From assembly GCA_037447605.1 (NCBI GenBank), contig CM074808.1:2542001-2606000 (forward strand): 64,000 nucleotides of DNA. Reading direction: 5' to 3'. How positions within the stretch are numbered: position 1 is the stretch's first letter; each line of letters begins with the position of its first letter. The position numbers and the translations under genes were made by a program. A model generated the notes under the pieces. It searched no databases. It was not told the DNA's origin and worked only from the letters and a program-made list of their open reading frames with translations. Below, in pieces: positions 36,679 to 50,400 of the stretch. Origin of the DNA: Zygnema circumcarinatum SAG 698-1b. Lineage: Eukaryota > Plantae > Zygnematophyceae.

Positions 36679-38394
36679 ATGTCAGATGATTGGGGTGAGT
36701 GGCTGTTTTGCACTTGGCTCGACACATGTGATGTTCCTTGTTATTGCAGATTTGTGTTTAGGAGGAGCCAAGGTTAGGGTATTTTCTTGCAGCTGATGAA
36801 TTTTTGGGTGCAGAGGATGAGGACTTCGTGCCACCGCCGCCTGTAGTGGCCAAGGAGGCACCAAAGGGATTGTGGGATGATGAAGACCTGGAGGATAAGG
36901 AGGTGAAGGAGTCTTGGGAGCAGGACGACAAGCCGAAACCTGCAGTGAGTTCTGAATATTGTTCATCGGCAGCTAAAGCGCGCAGACATTGTATTGGCCA
37001 ATTCAATGAACTTTGTCGTGGCGTTGTTGATTATCAGGGCGATAGTTTAGGAAAGAATTGAGTGATATCTATTGGAAATCTGTTTTTGGGGACTGTTTTA
37101 ACTGTTGAATAACCAATTTTCTTGTCAATTGTCTGCCTCTTTGAAATTATTTTGTGTCTTTGGTCTGTTTCATGCAAAGTCCATGTAAAGAAAATCTGGA
37201 TATATTGTCCCTTTGTATGAAAACCGTATAATCACTTGATGCAGGCGAAGCTGAAGGCAGATAAGAAAAGAAAAGAAGACGTAAAGCCAACGACAGAAAC
37301 TGCTTCAAGCAGTGACGACGCACCATTGGCTGATCCAGTCGCAGAGAAGCTAAGGCAACAAAGGTACTTTACCATCTGACTGTTGGTCCAATCGCTCCGT
37401 TAGCTCGACCGTCAGAGTAACTGCATGTCTGGAAGATTTAGCTTATGCTAATGGACAGTCATCACGCAGCTGGAATTCTGTTTTCTTTACGGTTGGTGTG
37501 AAACCTATTATTCAGCTACCAGGTTGAAACTGTTTTATGGGGTTTCAGGCTCGTAGAGGAAGCTGATTTTAAGAACGCTAAAGAGCTTTTTGGCGATAAG
37601 AAGGAGGAGAAGTCTTTGGACGACATTATACCCAAGACAGAGGCAGACTTCATTGAGTTTGCAGAACTTGCAGCTGCAAAAATCACGGCATATAATGTAA
37701 GTTAAATCGATGCACTCATTTTTCTATATTTTGTTGAATTTGATAAAGAGGGCCTTCCTCTTGGGGTCACCCTGCACTGTGAGCGATGGGCAAGATTGTT
37801 AATGCTCATTTTGTACAACAGCCTTCAACCGACTAATTTGCTTAGGATCAAGTTCAATGTCTGTTCATGTTCAATAGGTGTGATGGGAGGGCTTATTCTG
37901 TGCTGACAGCAGGCTGGGATGTTGTGCGGGTTTCCAGAAAAGTTTCCATTACCTTACATTGTTGAAAGCCTTTTTGAGGAAGGCAACAGCGCCTCTGTCT
38001 GCTGCTGATTCTAAGGATCTAAATGCAGCGTTGACCGTTATCGTCAATGAAAAACTTAAAGCAGAAAAGGAGGCTACGGCAGGGAAGAAAAAAACAGGTA
38101 ATTTTCTGCACTGTATCTGTATGGTAGGAGGTCTTTTGACTGAAGTGATATCCACTTACTTTTTAGATGTGTTTTCTTTCTGATACAGCGTTCACCCATG
38201 AATCTCACAGTTCTCATCTGCACAGTGACACAAAATCTTCTACTGCCGTGCTCTCCAAAGTCTAATTCAATGACTGTCTGCATGCAACCATTTTTGCAGC
38301 AAAGAGCAAGAAGCAGCTCAATGTCGGCCAGGGGGAAGAAGATGATTATAGGGCTGGATTCACGGAGACCCAGGACGACTTCGATTTCATGTAG
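36679..38394 (+). CDS. eIF3j: eukaryotic translation initiation factor 3 subunit J
   Basis: MSDDW.../WDDEDLEDKEVKESWE/DPVAEKLRQQR/LVEEADFKNAKELFG...PKTEADFIEFAE/HYLTLLKAFLRKA...NEKLKAEK/...DDFDFM*; telo-box AAACCCTA at 36376. Confidence 0.93.
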
Positions 38395-39311
38395 GACCGT
38401 TACAAAGTCACGGAAACACATTGTTTGTAGCTTTCTCTCGTCCTGAAATTTGTGGTTTGGGGACACAGCTACCATCCCAATATGAAATTTACCATTGTCT
38501 TCAGAGGTGCCAACTTCGCCTTAGATTTGCAGTTGCATTTTCTGTCAGCTTGTTGTCCATCTTTGTGGCCCAAAGATCTTATCTGTCGCAGATAAGATGG
38601 AATGCAGCCCCGTTAGTTTCAATGCAATCAAGTTTGCAGCATTTCTTCAAATCAGCATAGGTGATTCGTTTAGTGGCATTCTGAGACAGCACGGCCTTGA
38701 GTTTTCCCGGCAGCAGGCCGACTCTTCTCCTGCAAAAGGATGCTAGAGTTGGATGGTAGGCAAAAAAACTCTCTGGTGCGAACATGTCTCCAATGGAAAG
38801 CCCTCGGCAGTGAGAGGTTCGCCCGCTCACATCCCTTGAGGGTTCAAGGCCGTCATTGTGGCTTAGGTGGGACGCCGATGTTGCTTCCACGGGGGGTTCT
38901 TCATTTGTCGGTATTGCTATATGAGCATGTTTATGATTCAATCTGATTTGGGCTTCATGTGACAATGCAATGGGTACATGCATCCGTTCTGTTATCGATG
39001 TCCGGCTCATTACGGACGACCTCTGCGCTTTTTGAATGCTGATTGTCCTCGCGAGGAGAGCCCCGCTCAAAAGGCTTTTAAAAAACTTCTACCGGATTAG
39101 TCTTAAGTTACGTGAAAGCATTAAATTGGGGACTGCGAATGGGTAGGTCACTGGTCCTCGGTGGTACCCTGCATGCCTTCTGAATGCGCAAAATGGACCT
39201 CATTGCCTTTTCTTCGTTTTCTTGCTAGTTAGACAGAGATTGATTGTAATAATTGAAGATTCAAGCCGTAAGGTTCCGTCGCGAAGTGGGAACACGGGAG
39301 TCGGGATTGGC

Positions 39312-39477
39312 TACGTGGCGGGCGGCGATAGGCTGCGCCGACACGGGAGCTAGTTTAGAATGAATAACTGTAGTTGTGTCACGTGGCGCGCAGCTATAGG
39401 CTGCGCGGTCAGCTTTCGTATTGCTTATCGGTTTAGCGGACGACCGTACAATATGTCCGGGACGTACGCGACGCGTG
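39312..39477 (+). promoter_or_regulatory. two ABRE-type YACGTGGC motifs in a ~27-bp direct repeat plus a CE3-like ACGCGTG
   Basis: TACGTGGC 39312-39319; CACGTGGC 39380-39387; ACGCGTG 39471-39477. No target gene identified. Confidence 0.3.
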
Positions 39478-41436
39478 GGCGTACGGTCGCCCAACAGGCG
39501 CTGAAGAAGCGCGCGCGATGGATGCGAAGCTTGGCGGAAGGATGGCGCGTCGAGGGAGGGCGTTTCCGGTACGGACACTCCCATTGACCATGGCGACCCG
39601 CACCCTCAGGGTGAGCTCCAGCGCGGTGCGGGGCGAGAGCTCCGGGAGACGTGGAGCATCGCCAGCGACATGGAGGCGCGCTGTGCGGTGGTGCGCGGCG
39701 GAACGTGGAGTAGTGCAGCGCTTAGTATTTAAGTAGGATTTGTTTAGGATTTAATTAACTTAATTCAGCTGCAGCTTAGCTCGTGTTGCTAAGTGCAGTT
39801 GCTTGGCTGTATGGGCAGCAGGAAATTGGGAGTTAGTTAGAGCAGAAAGTAGAAGCCTGAGGGCTTGAATTCACTGCTTGCCACTTCCATGTTTTTATTA
39901 AGGAGTTTTGAGGCCGGGGGTGCTTTCTCCTTTATTTCACTTCTCGGTGTTTTTACTGCCAGTGTTTTATTCTCTCTTTCGGTGTGTGCATTGGAGAGGT
40001 TTATTCGCTGTCTTGAAAGCATGTCAGGGAGTAAGACCGGGCCCAAACTGTCAACATAATCTGGAAGATGTCAAGTAACACGTTAGCTTAACCAGATATT
40101 GTGTTCCATTCAGGGTTCATTCAAGTTTCTTAGTGGCGGTTTGCAAAATAGTCATCCTCTCTGCTCCATCTCTTATATAATAGAAAACTGAAACAATCGA
40201 GATTAGTGAGAGTGATTATTCCTCTCTCCTCCCTCCCTGTATTCCCGACGTTGACCCGCTCAATGGACAGTCCGGCCTTAACCTTAATTGGGAAATGACG
40301 GGTTTTTTGCCGTTGGATATGTACGTGGACACGCGTGAGACTCAGTCCGTTGGATGTCCGCGTGCGAGATTCTGGGGAATGGGCAAGTGCTCTAAGGTCC
40401 CCCGCGGTACCCCCTGCAGCTCCATCCCTGCCGCAACCATGGCGCCGCGGGCGGCGGCTCTGTGCAGTCTCCGAAGCAGGCGGGAAGCGGGCGAGCCCTG
40501 CCCTGCCCCGGCCTGGCCTGCCTGCCGGGGTCTCAAGGAGGAGGAGATGGGCTCCGCTCCGCAACCCCTGTAGACTTGTCACAATTCGCGCGTACCTTCA
40601 TCAGAAGACCTCTGAACAGGTCGTAAGCCGCTGCTTCGCTCTGTCGGGGGAAGTTCATGTGCTGTTTCTGACAACGCTCTGCGACCTGAGCATTGTGAAG
40701 GACGTTCGTCTGCGCTATGCGAATATCTGCAGGCGAAGAGTTTGTAAACCACGAGGACAGTGCCTCTAGTAAATCACAGGAAGAGGCTGGTTGAACTTTA
40801 AAACATTTAACACACGCGAGAGCACTCGCTTGCGGTTTAAGACACGTCATCTCTTGAATCAACTGTCGCTCGCGAAAGTCACTGCCTTTAGCTACTGGTG
40901 TATTCGCTAAGATGAACGACTTTTCTGATCGATCTTCTTTTTTTGGAAAAAGGCAGCGAGACCGCCTTCCTTTTTTTCCTGTCCTGCAGGCTCTTAACTG
41001 CCCTCCATATTTCACAGGTCTGTCTCAATGACCTGTGCTCTAAGCATTCATATCCGCCCAACAACCCCTTTTTTTCATTCAAGACATTGAAAATTGAAAT
41101 GCCAGTGGTTGCCAGACACCAGCACAGAATGTTCGCTTCCAGACGGATACACATTAACATGATTCCTGTAAGACATCGGCGTTCACTCTCAGTCGAAGTA
41201 CAAAAATTCACAAAACTGATGCTTGCTCTCACACATTACAGCACAGATCGACAAAATTCAAAATCGCTGACAGGGACGCCCTCCTCCCCATCTTCATTCC
41301 GGTGCAGAAGACCACTGCAGGACTTAAAGCCTCTGGGCTATGTACCTATGAGCACTTTCTCTAAGCAGAGCTCCTCGGATTCGACTTCAAAAAGCTCAAT
41401 CATACATTGGAAACGATTTCCTTCAGCGATCACCCT

Positions 41437-44400
41437 TTAGGTTATGCTGTGCTTGAGTTCCAGGGGCAATAGCGCAGTTCGTATTCTTTGCACTGCTAAT
41501 CTAATTCGCTCTGCAAGGCCTTCATCTTTGCATTCCACGGCGCCGTTGATCGGATTCACCGTTGCGACAATGCTGTCCACCTTCACTGTCAACTCCTTCG
41601 CTCCGGCTTCAGCTTCCACCTCCCCGAACATGTTCTCTAACAGCCGCCAAACTGCTGTCCTGAGCTCGTCCCCTGCCTGCTCTTTTTCAGCGTCTGGTTT
41701 TATATCCGGCAGTGAAAGAACTTCACCTTCACTTGACCCCCCTAGCTGTAGAATAATAGCGACTACCGAATCAGCCACCATGTCGCTCACAGGGTCAGAC
41801 ACCCACTGTAGAATGAGCTTTTCCGTGCTCTCCTGCACAATGGTAACGGTGTCATGAATGCGGATACTGGGCACCTCCATCTGGCCATCCTTCACTCCCT
41901 CAAACATTTGCTGAAGCTTGTGCCGAAGAATCCCAAACGAGCCCACATAGTGCACAATCTGCCGCTGCGTGACACTTCCAGTTGAAAGCTGAGTGTAGAT
42001 TGGAAGGTCCTCAGGGAGCAAAAGCTGGTAGCTGAACCCCTTCTTTACCAAGAGGCCACTTACAGGGGCTCCAATAGACGGTGACTTCTCAGCTAGCCTC
42101 CCGACTGCCTTTGCTATCTTCTCCCCTTTAAAGTAAAGGTCTACAGTTTGACAGTTCTTTGGAGTAAAGATGGGTCGGTTCTGATCCGCAAACTCAGTGG
42201 TCAGCTTTCTTCTCAGTCGGCCCATTTCATTCGCCTCTCCGTGGACCAGGACGATGTTTGCCGGCTCAAGCTCTTTCAGAAAATCATGAGTTTGGGGATA
42301 GTCTGCATGAGCTGAGAAGGATATATAGTGCACTCTCATACGCAAGGGCACCACAAGACCGCTCACGAGAGTGACAGTAGGAGGTTCAGTAAGAATTGTC
42401 TTGGCCAAAGTCCCTTCTACCACATATCCCGGAATAACGCAAGAATTCTTCTTGTCCTGACACCATAAGTCAAATAGTTGACGTGACAAACCACTCTGTA
42501 GCCCTCCTGGACTTGCCATTACAACTGAGGGTCCGGAATCATCAAAATCTTTGATGCTACCAAGGAAGCGTATGTGCTTGAATGCAAACGGGTTTGAGCG
42601 CTCATACTGTCGCTTGATTCTATCATTCATTGAATTGATGTATGTCTGATAGACTGTCATGCAGCGATTGGCAAGCGGCGAAGCATAGTAAATGGGAACT
42701 GAGTGCAGCTCCCTGTGAGACTCCCAGTAATCATCCAGGATGAGCAAAAGCTCTTGGGCTCTTCCAAGAGCAAAAGCTGGAATAAGTACTCTTCCCCCCT
42801 GAAGAACTGTTTGAGAAATCACATCTGTAAATAGGCGCTCTCTAACTTCACGAGGCTGATGCTGCTGCACTCCATAGGTGGATTCGATGATGCAGATTTC
42901 AGGAGAAATTGGCGGCATTTCAGCAGCTTTCAGATGGCGATCTTCTTCACGGGAGTAATCCCCTGTGTACAGTATGTTCACTCCAGCAATGTCCACCATA
43001 AACATGGCTGCTCCTAGGACGTGCCCAGCCGTGTAACACCAAAACTTGATGCCATTGACTTCCTGAATCTGATGAAAATCAATTACCTGCCAAGACAGTG
43101 CTAGCAATTGAATGTCAGCTATCTGAGGACAACAGACATGCTTGCCAAATATGAGGAGTCAAGCCAACCTCCACTCGCCTTATGCTCAAGAGATTGTGGA
43201 AGGTTAAGCAAACTTAGTCACTTCGCCAAGATGCACTCAACCAAGGCAACTCTTTGGTCAAGCTGCGCTGACTTTTGGTCAGGAATGAGGGCCAAGTACA
43301 CACCTCGATTTGATCCATAGACTTCTCCACGTCCTTTTCGGTGTACAACATGTCGTCTTCTGCCACTTTGCTCACCTTCACATAATCTGTGACCAGCAGC
43401 TTGTACACAGCTTTGGTTGCATGGGTCATGAAAACACGCCCTTTGAAACGTGTCTGCACTCCACCCATGCCACGACAACTCGATTATCTTCATATTTTTT
43501 TAATGAAAACCAAGGCAAAGAAATAATAGTTTCAAAAATGTGGTTCAATATCTAGTTTATGAACTCTGTACACCTGGCCAACGACAGATAGACGTATCTT
43601 CAAAATATAACTCACCTTCTATTTTTCCAGCAGCAATCACTGGGCAAACTTGATTGCCAAGACTGGGTCAACTAATGAATTACTACCCAGTCTGCATGTA
43701 ACCACTCAACCACAAAAAACAGTATGTCAAGTGCCACCTTCAGCACTTCCCCTATTCGCCTCGCCATTTCTCTGTGTTGCATTCGCCATCCATAATCTCG
43801 TTTGTTTCAGTTTTCTATAATATACTGATAAGCAGTCATAATAAGAAATAGAGCAGAGAGGATGACTATTTTGCAAACCGCCACTAAGAAACTTCAAGAT
43901 GAACCCTGAATGGAACACAATATCTGACTCAGCTAACGTGTTACTTGACGTCTTGCAAATAAGGATGACCTGCCAGAATGATGCTGTGCTTGCATGATAC
44001 AAATACACAGAAACCTACGCATATGCAACCTCTCCATGTAATGACAGCACAGGCGTCAAACAGAGTTCCCCACCAGATTTTCTTTTCTCAAGTGATATTT
44101 GGCACCCAAAATTTGGCAGCCCATAATCAAAAAACCCTAATCCTCACAGGTAGCCACGAGCATTTTTACCTTATTCTCACCAAAAACGCTTTGTTTGCAA
44201 CGAGAATGATCACCAGTGCAAAGGACCTGAGGTGATGGTGAAACGGACTACTTGGTGCACCATATGTACATTCTACAGTTCATCAAAATACGGATCGTCC
44301 CTGGATTTATGTTACGCAGGCTGTTGAATCGAAATGTTCATATAGCCTATCGTATAAGCTGCAAAACTGGGCTCAAGTCTAGGACCTCTCCATTTGACTC

Positions 44401-45169
44401 GCTTCACTTGCAAAGGCCGTATGCACGAGCAAGCACCTTTTCTAAGAAGAATGGAAGAGATGCGGCATGATCCAGATGAAAGCTGCAAGTCATGAACACG
44501 CTGTGCCTTTGTCAGCTTATTATACATCGAGAGTGGCAATTGAACTTTCCAAGACCATACCGATAAGCTTTAACTGGTACTGGGACCTTGAGAAATAACG
44601 GACTGCACGCTTCTCTCCCGGGGCTTGAATTCAAGATTATCATTAAGACAAGCTGATGGACGAGAAGGTAGTGAGCAGATGTGCTTCAGAGGCAAGGACG
44701 TGAATGACTCATATTGGTAATGACATTGAATTGAAAAGTAGAACTTACTGCGTCACGAGGAGAACATCGATTGTTGACGGATCGATGGCATCAAAAAAAG
44801 GCAGCGCATTCATCCCCGAGTATGCCGGATGAATTCCACAGTCAAACTGCCATGAAAAATAACACTTAAGTGAGCGCAGCACTGTCGGCTAATTGTTGTT
44901 GCGCTTAGAAAGAGCTACAAAACCAAAAACTAATCGAATCCAGGTTCAATTGCAGCAATCAGAGTTATAAATCTTAACAGACCACACAGACACTGTTTCT
45001 TTGATCTCATGTAAGCTCAAGAAGTGAGGTAAGGAAAACATACCATGACATTCTTGCCCTTAAAGGACAAAAACACGCAAGAGCGGCCGACCTCATTGCC
45101 TGCACCCAGAGGTGTGATCTCCAGCTTGTCCTGCAAATCAGCCGGCCCTCCATCTTTCCGCTTTGCCAT
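41437..45169 (-). CDS. CPSF73: cleavage and polyadenylation specificity factor 73 (CPSF3), metallo-beta-lactamase/beta-CASP
   Basis: [16 protein letters not shown] / [12 protein letters not shown]...DVLLVTH / [10 protein letters not shown] / [10 protein letters not shown] / [51 protein letters not shown]. Confidence 0.97.
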
Positions 45170-45333
45170 GTCGGGAATCCTCTTTGCCTTCCTGAACTTC
45201 CAGGTCAAATCTCAAAGGCCCACCTTTACAAATTTTCGCGGAGTCTCTCAGCACATGAAGTTTAGGGTTTGGATCGCCGTCGCGTAGCGCTGGTCGTAAG
45301 AAACGGTGCGTCCTTCGTTGAAGCCAAAACATT

Positions 45334-46746
45334 ATGGCGGTTTCTTCTCTTTTATCCCCACTAAGGAGAGCGATGGCTGCTGCTGCTAAACATGCTGCTG
45401 CGGATGGCTGTCCACCTTTACTGGCTTGCCATGTGTATGTTTCGGAGGGAAGGAACCCTGAAGTTCTTCAGCAGATAGTGGCGGGGGTAAGTGCAGTCCC
45501 TTTAGCAGCGCTTGTGCGCGTTTTCCAAGATATTCCCTACAATCGGAGTGGCATTAGCCTTGCAGGACCGCCAGAGCCCCTGCGAGCGGCAGTGAGGAGC
45601 GTGGCCTTGGCTGCTGTGTCAGCCATCGACATTCAGCAGCACGCAGGCTCCCATCCTCGCATAGGTGCGGTTGACAATATCGCTGTGCATCCGCTTCATG
45701 ACACCAACGTGCAGGACGCTGCGGAAGCTGCAACAATGTTGGCACAACAGATAGGAACGGATGCTCAAGGTAAAGCATTGACCATCCGCATAAGTGAATT
45801 CAACATTTTGTATGCAAATCTTCCCAGGACATCATTGACTTCCAAATGGCACATATTCACTGGAGGCGACGCACTTTAGGGCTGTTTAGTTTCTGAACTG
45901 ACTGTTCATTCATGATATTTTTTGGCCAACTGTGAAAGGTGGCTCAGTGGTATCCACCGTGCTCTGCTGGTCTGGGCAAGACGGATGACTTGTGTGTAGT
46001 CCTCCTGGTTCGAAGGTCGTGCATATGAGAAATCTATTCCTTTTTCAACTTTCTTGATGTTCGTCATTCTTTAGGTTATCAGGTTGCTCCACATAACGAA
46101 AGCAGCTCAACGTACTCATGCTGACAATGCTGAGAAGCAGATAGCCAAATGCCGTCGTATTTTCGTCCTCTTCTACCTGTTATCATCGAATCTCAACTTA
46201 AATTTGCTGTTGTTTTTTGCAGTACCTGTCTACCTGTATGGTGCAGCACAAACCAACCGCCGGCCTTTGGATGAGATTAGGCGAGCACTTGGCTATTTTC
46301 GTGGAAGTAGAAGTGGGGAATGGTCTGGCCCTAAAGTAGATGGAGTGGCGTCCATACCTCCAGACTACGGACCAGTACAAGTGCCGCCTAGAAGTGGTTG
46401 TATAGCTATAGGTGCTGTCCCTTGGGTTGTAAATTTTAATGTGGTATTGGAGACTACAGATCTGCCTTTTGGCAAGCGGATAGCAAGAGCAGTCAGTGAG
46501 CGTGGAGGTGGTTTGCTTGGAACGCAGGCAATGGCTCTTACTCATGAGTCTGGCTCTATAGAAGTGGCGTGCAACATTTTGGACAAACAGAAGACTTCCC
46601 CTTCTGCTGTGCTGGCAAGAGTGGAGGAGTTGTGTCTCGCTGAAAAGATTCAAGTACGAAAGAGTTATTTTCCGGGGCTGCTGCCTGAAGACGCCCTTGA
46701 AATGTGGCGGCAATCACAATCCACAGCAGCTCAACAACACCGTTAA
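45334..46746 (+). CDS. glutamate formiminotransferase-domain (FTCD-like) protein, 2 exons
   Basis: ACHVYVSEGRN, FQDIPYNRSG, IDIQQHAGSHPRIGAVDNIAVHPL / VPVYLYGAA...LDEIRR, IGAVPWVVNFNV, IARAVSERGGGL..TQAMAL, IEVACN. Intron ~45770-46221. Confidence 0.88.
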
Positions 46747-47485
46747 AACGCGACCACAAACCTGTACTCTGACAAAGTACCATCTGCATTTCCGACAGGT
46801 TCAACTTATTTATCATTTATATTTCCTTGCTGTTAATTTTGACCTTCAAATAAGCTGTCACGCAGAAGTGAAGTCCTTTGGCAAAGGCAGCACACAAGGA
46901 GTGTACAGCGGACGTGTTTCCACTGATGGCGTTCATTGTTGAAACACAAAAAGTTGAATTCATGTTGGCATTCGTATTCCCAATTCATGTGTTGGAAACT
47001 TTGATGCCAACTCGATTGTCAAAACACAAGAAAAAAAAAAAAGGGTCTACTTAGTACTTTTTAGAAGCCTCAAAGCTGAAGCTCTTGAAGGATCCAGATG
47101 CTGTAAAAGGCCATCCTCTGAATGTAGGGTATTCCTTCAAGCTAAGGGCCTAAAGGATGACTGTTGTACAGCTACTTCGCTTGTGCCCAAGCAGGATGTG
47201 CACATGCACGAGCTACCGTGCCTCTTGGTTCTCCCTCTGCCTCTCCCTCTCTGCTTCCACTCTCCCACTCACATCCTTCGGACACCTTTCCCTTCCGCAA
47301 ATGTAACAAACCAAACTTCTCCAATTCAGCAGAATGGCAATCGACCCAACCACCCACCAATGGCCACTGCAGCACGAGAGGCCGCAGCGCAGCGCAGAGC
47401 TTTTCTTAGGCATCTTCAAGCATTCTACAGATAGGCCTATGCAGCCGCATAAGCGACTCATTCACTAAGCACGCCTTCCTTCCTC

Positions 47486-50400
47486 CTAAAACACGAAGTC
47501 TTCTTCGCGAGCGTCCACGGTGAACCCCCCCGACTTGACCATGTCCGCCACAGAGGCGGCGGTGCTCGCGTCAATGCCCAGCAGCTCCGCTAACCGTCCG
47601 CGGTCCTCCGCCTTCTGGTCGGGTTGCGCCAAGAAAAGGCCGTACAGGTCGAGCAGTTCTTCCTTCACAGGCCACGGGAGGGCACCCTCCTCTGGGACTG
47701 CTTTATCGCAGGCAAGGAGATTCTTGAGCTCCATCACCTACAAAACACAATAACCCATAAGACATTGTTAGCTTCTTGGCCTAGAACATCTGTTATAAGA
47801 AAAGAACTTTGAGCTAAAAGCTGTTGTCGCCAATCAAGACCGAAAAGCTGTCAGAGATTGTCTTACCACTTGGTCGGTCTTCTTCTGCCTGAGCAGAGCC
47901 ACTGACTGCACAAGCGAGTCCTTCCGGCGCTCCCTTGCAACCTCTATCGCCATTCCTCGCATGGCTTCAACGTCCAGTCCTAAATCTCCTGGAATTTTCT
48001 CAAATATATCTTCTGCATTAAACTCGCCCGTACCAGCAGAGAACTCCTTATTGACCAATTTCCGGAAGAGCTGAATTCGCACAGGCTTCCCCACCATTGT
48101 TTGAATGTCCACTCCGGATGACTTCAGCTCCCGAATATCCTCCACAGTGAGCCGACCCTGTTGGACCGCTTGGTCGATTGCCCCTGCCATCTTGGTGCTG
48201 GTGATGCTCTGAATGACCTTTTGGGCAACTGCATCTGGAAGGCCGAGCTGCTGCTGCACCACCTTCAGCTGCTGAGCTCGGGCTTTGGAGAGCTGCCCGT
48301 CTGCTAACAGCGTCTGGGAAACACACAAATCATCAACAGAGAAGGGTGTAAGCTGGCAAAACGGAACAAAGGGAGAGACAAGCTCTGCAATTCTACCACC
48401 AGCGAAACATGTACTTTTCAAAGGATGATGTGTCAAAGCAGGCAAATCTTCACCGTGGAAGCCCTGCACCCTGCTTTCGCAGGGGAGGGGGAGGACAACT
48501 GCCAAACAAATGCTGACGAGAAACACATGGGAATGCAATTAATTTCGTTGCAAAATAGTCAGAGAGTCAGCTAGTAAGGCAACATGTCCATCAACGACGG
48601 GCTTCTGCCAGTGCCCATGGCAGTGCTGATTCTGGCATGCAATTTCAAAAGCATCCCATTTCTTTCTTACCCTCTGGCTATACGGGCCATCACCATTAGC
48701 CTGGTGTGCTAATAGTCTAGGCTCAAAATTAGTCTAGGCAAGACTAATGCATGTAACCCGCGAATCATATTTCAGAGCCCAGAATCCTGTACGTGACCCC
48801 GAAATTTGTCGGGAGATATTAGTCTGGGCTGCCACGTCTGTGTTTCCCTGGTCAACCACTAGCGCCTCTTTGGTCAAAGTGTTTCAGGGTTGACTATGCG
48901 TTATGAAAAGCATGTAACTCTAATAGTGCGGACCTTCTGTTGTAGTGTGAAATGCATGGAACGTCGCGCATGCGATGCGAGGCAAAAGTGAGACGTTATG
49001 GGCGCCTCACTTATGCATCATAGTGCGACGCAATCGCCATAGTGCGACCTGCGACTTGCCTGCGTGTCGCACTATAGGGATGGCGTCGCACTATGACGGA
49101 AATATTATAACTTCTTAATCTCCAGACTAACTTTTCACTTATGAAATAGTCTGGTCTAGACTAACTCCCGATTTGGCGCCATGAGTCTGGGCTCAAAAAC
49201 AGTCTAGTCAAAACAAACCAAAGAGCTTCACAATTAGTCTGGCCCATACTAATGGTGTTGGCCGGTGTGCTATCCTAAACAGGCTACATGGAAAGCCTGT
49301 TCACAACAACCATTAAAAAGTCATGGACAGTGACACAAGCATGATAGTTGAAAGGCAACAATGTGAATAAAGACCATCATTCTACCAGTGACCACTGAAG
49401 CTCACAATAGCAAGCATGCCAAGTGATCGATGATGTGAGTGAGCAATCAGCCACCAACTGCTCAGCATGGAGTAGAATTGGTTGAGAAGCAGAATGGCAG
49501 CACACCTGTGCTTGGTTTCTGAAGGCCTTCTCTGACAGGCCCTGGTGCACCATAGCTGCCTCCACTGACGTCAGCCCCAAGATATCACCCAGTTGACTCA
49601 AGCGAACAAAGTCGCTTTCATCCCTTTGTACCACAATTGAACTTCCCATAGGCATGCCAGTAGTTTCACCCTGAATGGCGTAGAGCAAAAACTTCTCATA
49701 AAGGTCTGTACGATCCCGCAACTCCAAGTCATCCTTCAAATTAATCTCCTTCTGTGGCTTGCCTTCCTTAGGTGCACCTCTAGTCTTTCGCAGAGACTGC
49801 AACATCCCAAACTCCTCATTTTCGATTCCGTCCACCTTCGCTTCTTCCTCCTTCACTTCTTCCACTTCAGGTTTCTGTTTTTCTCCTAGCAATGCTGCCT
49901 CTCCCACTACCATAGCTTCAGTACCCTTCCTGATATCATCGAGAAGGCGCGAGACAGTCAAGTTGCTGAACAAAACCATTTTTTTGAGTTCTCTCCCAGC
50001 TTCAACTCGACTGCCCGCACTCTTTGCACGTCGCGTGAAGGTGATGAGCACAGCCTTGACCTGGATTCTCAACAGCGACAAACGCCATGACTTTAGGGGA
50101 CAGCCATACATAGGGGAATTTCACCATTGCCGGTTCGATCGACTCTATCCCATAAGGATAAAAGACGCACACCCACTTCTCTTAATTACACGGCAGGCAT
50201 GAAGTCTACCATACACTCATCCAACCTTACATAGTGTAAACGACGCTATTTTGGGTGCATGAACCTATACATAATACACAAACGCCTTCCGATTCTCAAC
50301 CACTAGAAAGTACCCAAAAATAGAGTCCCAGCAACGAGAAACAATCGAGATAAAGGAGCGATATCTACGTTAGCATCAATCCACATGCAGTAATTGTGCA

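Noticed and set aside
41444-41857. Numerous 60-200-aa ORFs in the track opposite or overlapping real genes and TEs
   Set aside because: Antisense or frame shadows with no recognisable motifs.
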